A DNA stretch of 64,000 nucleotides, taken from positions 37,695 through 101,694 of the forward strand of contig JBBDSZ010000051.1 in the NCBI GenBank assembly GCA_040904685.1, given 5' to 3'. The position numbers were made by a program, and so were the translations under genes. Positions 59,985-64,000 of this stretch are shown here, in pieces; positions within the stretch are counted from its first letter, which is position 1, and each line of letters begins with the position of its first letter. The DNA comes from Paenibacillaceae bacterium (GTDB lineage Bacteria; Bacillota; Bacilli; Paenibacillales; NBRC-103111). The notes under the pieces were generated by a model. It saw nothing but the letters and a program-made list of their open reading frames with translations, searched no databases and was not told the origin of the DNA.

Positions 59985-60944
59985 ATGAAACCCATCGTTT
60001 TACTTGCCAGACCTGTTCCTGCTGAAGTGGAAGCCTATATTGCCACACATTGTACGATTCTCAAAACAGACAAGAAGAAGCCTATGTCACGCAAGGAAAT
60101 GTTTAAGCACTTAGCTACTGTTGAAGGATTGCTAACCACAGGCGGTAACATTGATGAAGAATTACTTAGATATGCCCCCCATTTAAAAGTCGTCAGCAAT
60201 ATAAGTGTCGGCTATAATAACATGGATTTAGCAGCGATGAATGCCCGCGGCGTGATCGGTACGAATACCCCCGAGGTCTTGGATGAAACGGTAGCTGATC
60301 TTGTATTTGCGTTAATGCTTGGTGCTGCTCGTAGAATCACAGAGTTAGACCAGTACGTGAAGCAAGGGAAATGGCAACGCGGTGATGACGTATCCTTACA
60401 CGGCTTGGATGTACATCATCGAACTTTAGGCATTATAGGCTTGGGCAGAATTGGTGAAGCCATAGCACGTCGTGCCAAGCTTGGATTTCTCATGAATGTT
60501 CACTATTATAATCGAAATCGTAAGCTTGATGTCGAAGCCAGCCTTGGTGTAACCTATATGCCCATGAATGAATTGCTGCGCACTTCTGATTTCATCCTAT
60601 TGATGACCCCCCTGACTGAGGAAACGAAACATTTAATCGGGCGCGAACAATTCTCGCTCATGAAGCCTACCGCCATTTTCATTAATGCCTCCAGAGGCAA
60701 GACTGTGGACGAAACGGCATTGATCGATGCACTGCAGAAGAAACAAATCCATGCTGCTGGACTCGATGTATTTGATCGTGAGCCCGTTGAAGTTGATAAT
60801 CCATTACTGCAAATGCCTAATGTAATAGCTCTACCACATATTGGCTCAGCCACAGCCCAAACGCGCTTTGACATGGCCATGCTCGCTGCACAAAACTTAG
60901 TTCTCGCTGTTCAAGGCCAAACCCCACCGAATCAGATTCTATAA
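59985..60944 (+). CDS. D-isomer 2-hydroxyacid dehydrogenase (glyoxylate/2-ketogluconate reductase-like)
   Basis: GLGRIG, INASRG, LDVFDREP and LPHIGSAT motifs. Confidence 0.93.
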   Translation: MKPIVLLARPVPAEVEAYIATHCTILKTDKKKPMSRKEMFKHLATVEGLLTTGGNIDEELLRYAPHLKVVSNISVGYNNMDLAAMNARGVIGTNTPEVLDETVADLVFALMLGAARRITELDQYVKQGKWQRGDDVSLHGLDVHHRTLGIIGLGRIGEAIARRAKLGFLMNVHYYNRNRKLDVEASLGVTYMPMNELLRTSDFILLMTPLTEETKHLIGREQFSLMKPTAIFINASRGKTVDETALIDALQKKQIHAAGLDVFDREPVEVDNPLLQMPNVIALPHIGSATAQTRFDMAMLAAQNLVLAVQGQTPPNQIL

Positions 60945-61580
60945 GCGTTCATTCTTCAGGGCAAAAGCCGCTAATTGAACACGATTGCCGAGTGAGAGCT
61001 TTTCCAATAAATTTTTAATATGATTTTTCACGGTATTCTCAGCAATCACGAGTACTTCAGCAATTTGCCGATTGGTTTGCCCTTGAGCTACCAGCGACAG
61101 AATCTCATGCTCCCTTGGTGTTAAGGTATGGACGATCGGGTTCTCGTCTGTCAAGCCTGTTTTAAAGCGATAAAACAATCGATCTGCCATTATCTTGGGA
61201 ATATCCGATTCTTCTTCTAATAAAGCGCCCAAGTAGCTTACCCATTCGACAGGGTTCATGTTTTTTAGTAAATAGCCTTGGGCGCCATTCTTGATTGCCG
61301 TGAACAGATCGGTAACCGCATCGGATACACTGAGAATCACTACCTTGATTCTTGCTTGCTGCTCCTTGATTAACCTTGTCGTTTCCAGTCCAGACATTCC
61401 AGGCATATGAATATCAAGCAGTACAACATCCGGCTGCAATTGCGCACATAACTTCAACGCATCCAACCCATTGGTAGCTTCACCAATAATGATATAATCC
61501 GCTTCATCCTCCAATAGCGTTCTGACTGCTTGTCGTGCCAAGGGGTGATCATCCACAATTAAAATTCGATAAGGTTTCAT
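60939..61580 (-). CDS. NarL/LuxR-family response regulator
   Basis: VDDH, LDIHMP, GYLLK and LTPREHE...TVKNH motifs. Confidence 0.94.
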   Translation of the reverse strand: MKPYRILIVDDHPLARQAVRTLLEDEADYIIIGEATNGLDALKLCAQLQPDVVLLDIHMPGMSGLETTRLIKEQQARIKVVILSVSDAVTDLFTAIKNGAQGYLLKNMNPVEWVSYLGALLEEESDIPKIMADRLFYRFKTGLTDENPIVHTLTPREHEILSLVAQGQTNRQIAEVLVIAENTVKNHIKNLLEKLSLGNRVQLAAFALKNERL

Positions 61581-62383
61581 GGCTTCTTCCTCCCCTGAGT
61601 TCCCTTCACAATGATCTCCAGTCCACCTTGATTTAAATGCTTGTACTCCATCTGTGCAAAAATTTCCTCAGCTCGTCTTCGCATCATAAGCATCCCGTAT
61701 TTATTAAAGGTCTGTTGTTCATCAACGATTCCACAGCCATTATCGCTTATGGATAAAAGCCAGTCATTCTGCTTGACCTTTATTGTTATTGTCGATTGAT
61801 CAGCTTGTGAATGCTTACGGATATTCGTAAAAGCTTCTTGAATAATACTCAAAAGATGCACTTCCTCCACCGGGGTAAAATAGTGTTCTGGCAATTTCAG
61901 CTCCTCATTAACGGTAATGCCAGTAATCAGCTGCCACTCTTGAAGCCATAATTGAATCCGTTCCACAAAATGAATATTATCATCTGGCGAACTCCGTAAA
62001 TTGAAAATCGCTTGCCGCACTTGATTATTAATGTCCGAAACAGCAGCCTTCGCTTCTTCCAAGTGACCCTTTTGCAATTTCACCTGGAGAAAGAATAAGG
62101 TCTGCGCGATATTATCATGCAGCTCGTTGGCAAGCCGCTCCCGCTCTTCATAAACGGCTCTTCGCGCTTGCTCCGCTACTAAGTGCTTATTACTTTGTTC
62201 AATATGGCGAAACATCCAATTTGCAAAGACATATGATAAAATAAAGGTTAGCAAGGTTATATAGAAATTCCCCGTTTCCATTGTCATATAATCCAATAAT
62301 ACCTCATGGCGAAAATATTCAAATCCACCAATCATTAAGGTTGGCAATAAAATTGTAATCATTCGTAAAACAACGTAATTCAT
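61577..62383 (-). CDS. HisKA_3 intramembrane-sensing histidine kinase
   Basis: Two TMs; ERERLANELHDNIAQ, QEAFTNIRKH and DNGCG motifs. Confidence 0.92.
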   Translation of the reverse strand: MNYVVLRMITILLPTLMIGGFEYFRHEVLLDYMTMETGNFYITLLTFILSYVFANWMFRHIEQSNKHLVAEQARRAVYEERERLANELHDNIAQTLFFLQVKLQKGHLEEAKAAVSDINNQVRQAIFNLRSSPDDNIHFVERIQLWLQEWQLITGITVNEELKLPEHYFTPVEEVHLLSIIQEAFTNIRKHSQADQSTITIKVKQNDWLLSISDNGCGIVDEQQTFNKYGMLMMRRRAEEIFAQMEYKHLNQGGLEIIVKGTQGRKKP

Positions 62384-62459
62384 CGTTATTTTCCTTTCCA
62401 GCATCATAATAAATTGAAAAAACCTTCCCGTCAAGCTTGGGAAGGTAGTGAAACAAAAG

Positions 62460-64000
62460 TTATACGCGGAATTTAGAAAGTGAGCTTTGTAAAGAATGTG
62501 ACAATTCTTCTAGCTTTGCAGAAAGATTAACCAAACCCTGACTGACATTCAACTGCTCACTACTTAAGGAAGCAACCTCTTCTGAGGTCGCGGAAGACTC
62601 CTCTGATACCGCACTCACGTTAGTCATTGCCTCTGTCAGAACGTTTTGTGATTCATCCAGTATATGAATCGAATCCGTTACATCAGATAGCTGTTCGACA
62701 AAGCCACCCATCCTTGTTTCCACTTGTTTAAAAATCAACTCTGCTTCTTTTACAGATTGAATTTGTTCTTGGAACATGGGATAAGCTTCCGATAATACTT
62801 TAACTGTCTCATCAATTTCTGCTTGGATCGTGACTATAATTGCCCCCACAATCCCAATGTTATGCTTCGATTGTTCCGCTAGCTTCCTAATTTCATCCGC
62901 TACAACCATAAAGCCCTTTCCTGAAACACCTGCACGTGCTGCCTCAATGGCTGCATTCAAAGATAAAATGTTCGTTTGCTTGGTTTGATCATTCAATACA
63001 TCGAGAATTTTGCGAATGGAGGCTGTACTGTCCTTCAACCGATCCACCTTCTCAACCATGGAACGAGTCATTACTTCTGTAGTTGTAGTTTTTGTCGTCA
63101 ATTCTGCCATATATAGACTACCTTGCTGGCTAGCATTCTGAACTTCCGTCGCTGCAACGCCCATATTCGCATTTGCTTCTACAACTTGCTTCATTTGCAT
63201 GCTAATCTCATGGGTTAATCCATTGCCTCGTTCAGCTTCCATAGCTAAGCTTGAAGCACCATTCGCAATTTCTTCTGTCGCAACAGCAATTTCACGAGCT
63301 GAATTCGCCGTTTGGTTAGATGAATTCAGAAGCTCTCCCGCTGTAGAAAGTACATCGCTTGCGGATTGATTGGTGTGTTTAACCAGGCGGGTTATTTGTT
63401 CCATCATCTGATTAAAGCTTATGCTTAACTGACCAATTTCATCCTTACTTTTATGAGCGGTACGAACCGTTAAATTCCCTTGTTCGCCTTCCATCATCAA
63501 ATTACGCAGAACAACTAAAGGTCGACCGATCAAACGGGCAACAAACCAACCGGCTAAAGTTGCAACTATTGCGGAAAAAAGCACAATCCACAAGGTCGCA
63601 TTAAGAATTTGTCTAGTCTCTGCAACTAATTCGGCTATTGGTGCAACTGCTTCGATGGTCCATCCGGACTTCTCCATATTCTTATAGACCAGTAATTGCT
63701 CCTTATTATCTAAATTATCTGTTTTATTCCCATAATCGTTTGTCAAATCATCGTCTGCCGATTTAACTGGATCTACAATAGATGGAATATGGTATGTTTC
63801 TTCGATTTTCCCATTTTTCGAAGGTGAGATCAATTTATTCTTATTGTTAAGGATAACAATTTCGCCAGAATTACCAATTTTGATTTGAGCCAAGCCATCA
63901 ACCAGGACCTTTTCATCAATTTCCATGATTAATACATAATTAAGGTTAGATTCTAGCTTCAATAATCTACCTACTGCAAAAGTCGCTTTATCCTCAAAAG
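62460..64000 (-). CDS. Methyl-accepting chemotaxis protein (Cache-HAMP-MA), 5' end beyond the window
   Basis: [17 protein letters not shown] and [13 protein letters not shown] motifs; frame stays open to the window edge. Confidence 0.95.
   Translation of the reverse strand, partial: FEDKATFAVGRLLKLESNLNYVLIMEIDEKVLVDGLAQIKIGNSGEIVILNNKNKLISPSKNGKIEETYHIPSIVDPVKSADDDLTNDYGNKTDNLDNKEQLLVYKNMEKSGWTIEAVAPIAELVAETRQILNATLWIVLFSAIVATLAGWFVARLIGRPLVVLRNLMMEGEQGNLTVRTAHKSKDEIGQLSISFNQMMEQITRLVKHTNQSASDVLSTAGELLNSSNQTANSAREIAVATEEIANGASSLAMEAERGNGLTHEISMQMKQVVEANANMGVAATEVQNASQQGSLYMAELTTKTTTTEVMTRSMVEKVDRLKDSTASIRKILDVLNDQTKQTNILSLNAAIEAARAGVSGKGFMVVADEIRKLAEQSKHNIGIVGAIIVTIQAEIDETVKVLSEAYPMFQEQIQSVKEAELIFKQVETRMGGFVEQLSDVTDSIHILDESQNVLTEAMTNVSAVSEESSATSEEVASLSSEQLNVSQGLVNLSAKLEELSHSLQSSLSKFRV

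Overview
A chromosomal segment of an endospore-forming Firmicute, most likely Paenibacillaceae judging by gene order and protein sequences. The left ~42 kb is mostly conserved backbone: lepA, spoIIP, gpr, rpsT, holA, an ECF sigma/anti-sigma pair, comEA-EB-EC/comER, leuS with a Leu T-box, the yqeG-yqeH-aroE-yhbY-nadD-yqeK-rsfS cluster, MoxR/DUF58/transglutaminase genes, a spoVAC-AD-AE operon with DUF421/DUF1657 genes, and an uninterrupted sigK. Directly behind comEC lies a deoR-deoC-pdp-cdd-nucleoside ABC operon. About 42-49 kb is an accessory, partly decayed patch around a single tRNA-Gln(CTG). It holds a frameshifted MASE3-PAS-GGDEF-EAL gene, a MerR/SoxR-like regulator with a Cys-rich membrane miniprotein, a holin-like type I toxin candidate and several gene remnants. 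The right part carries tdk, gpx-ohrR-trxB, a KTSC-like gene behind a structured leader, a TPP-riboswitch thiYXZ-type operon ending in a TatD hydrolase, a lipase, an orphan ECF sigma, a two-component pair and an MCP. The most notable unexplained structures are two intergenic four-palindrome elements that differ in sequence but share an exact 51-bp spacing and a direct-direct/inverted-inverted layout. No CRISPR array, rRNA, transposase or prophage was seen. All calls come from reading the sequence; no database searches were run.
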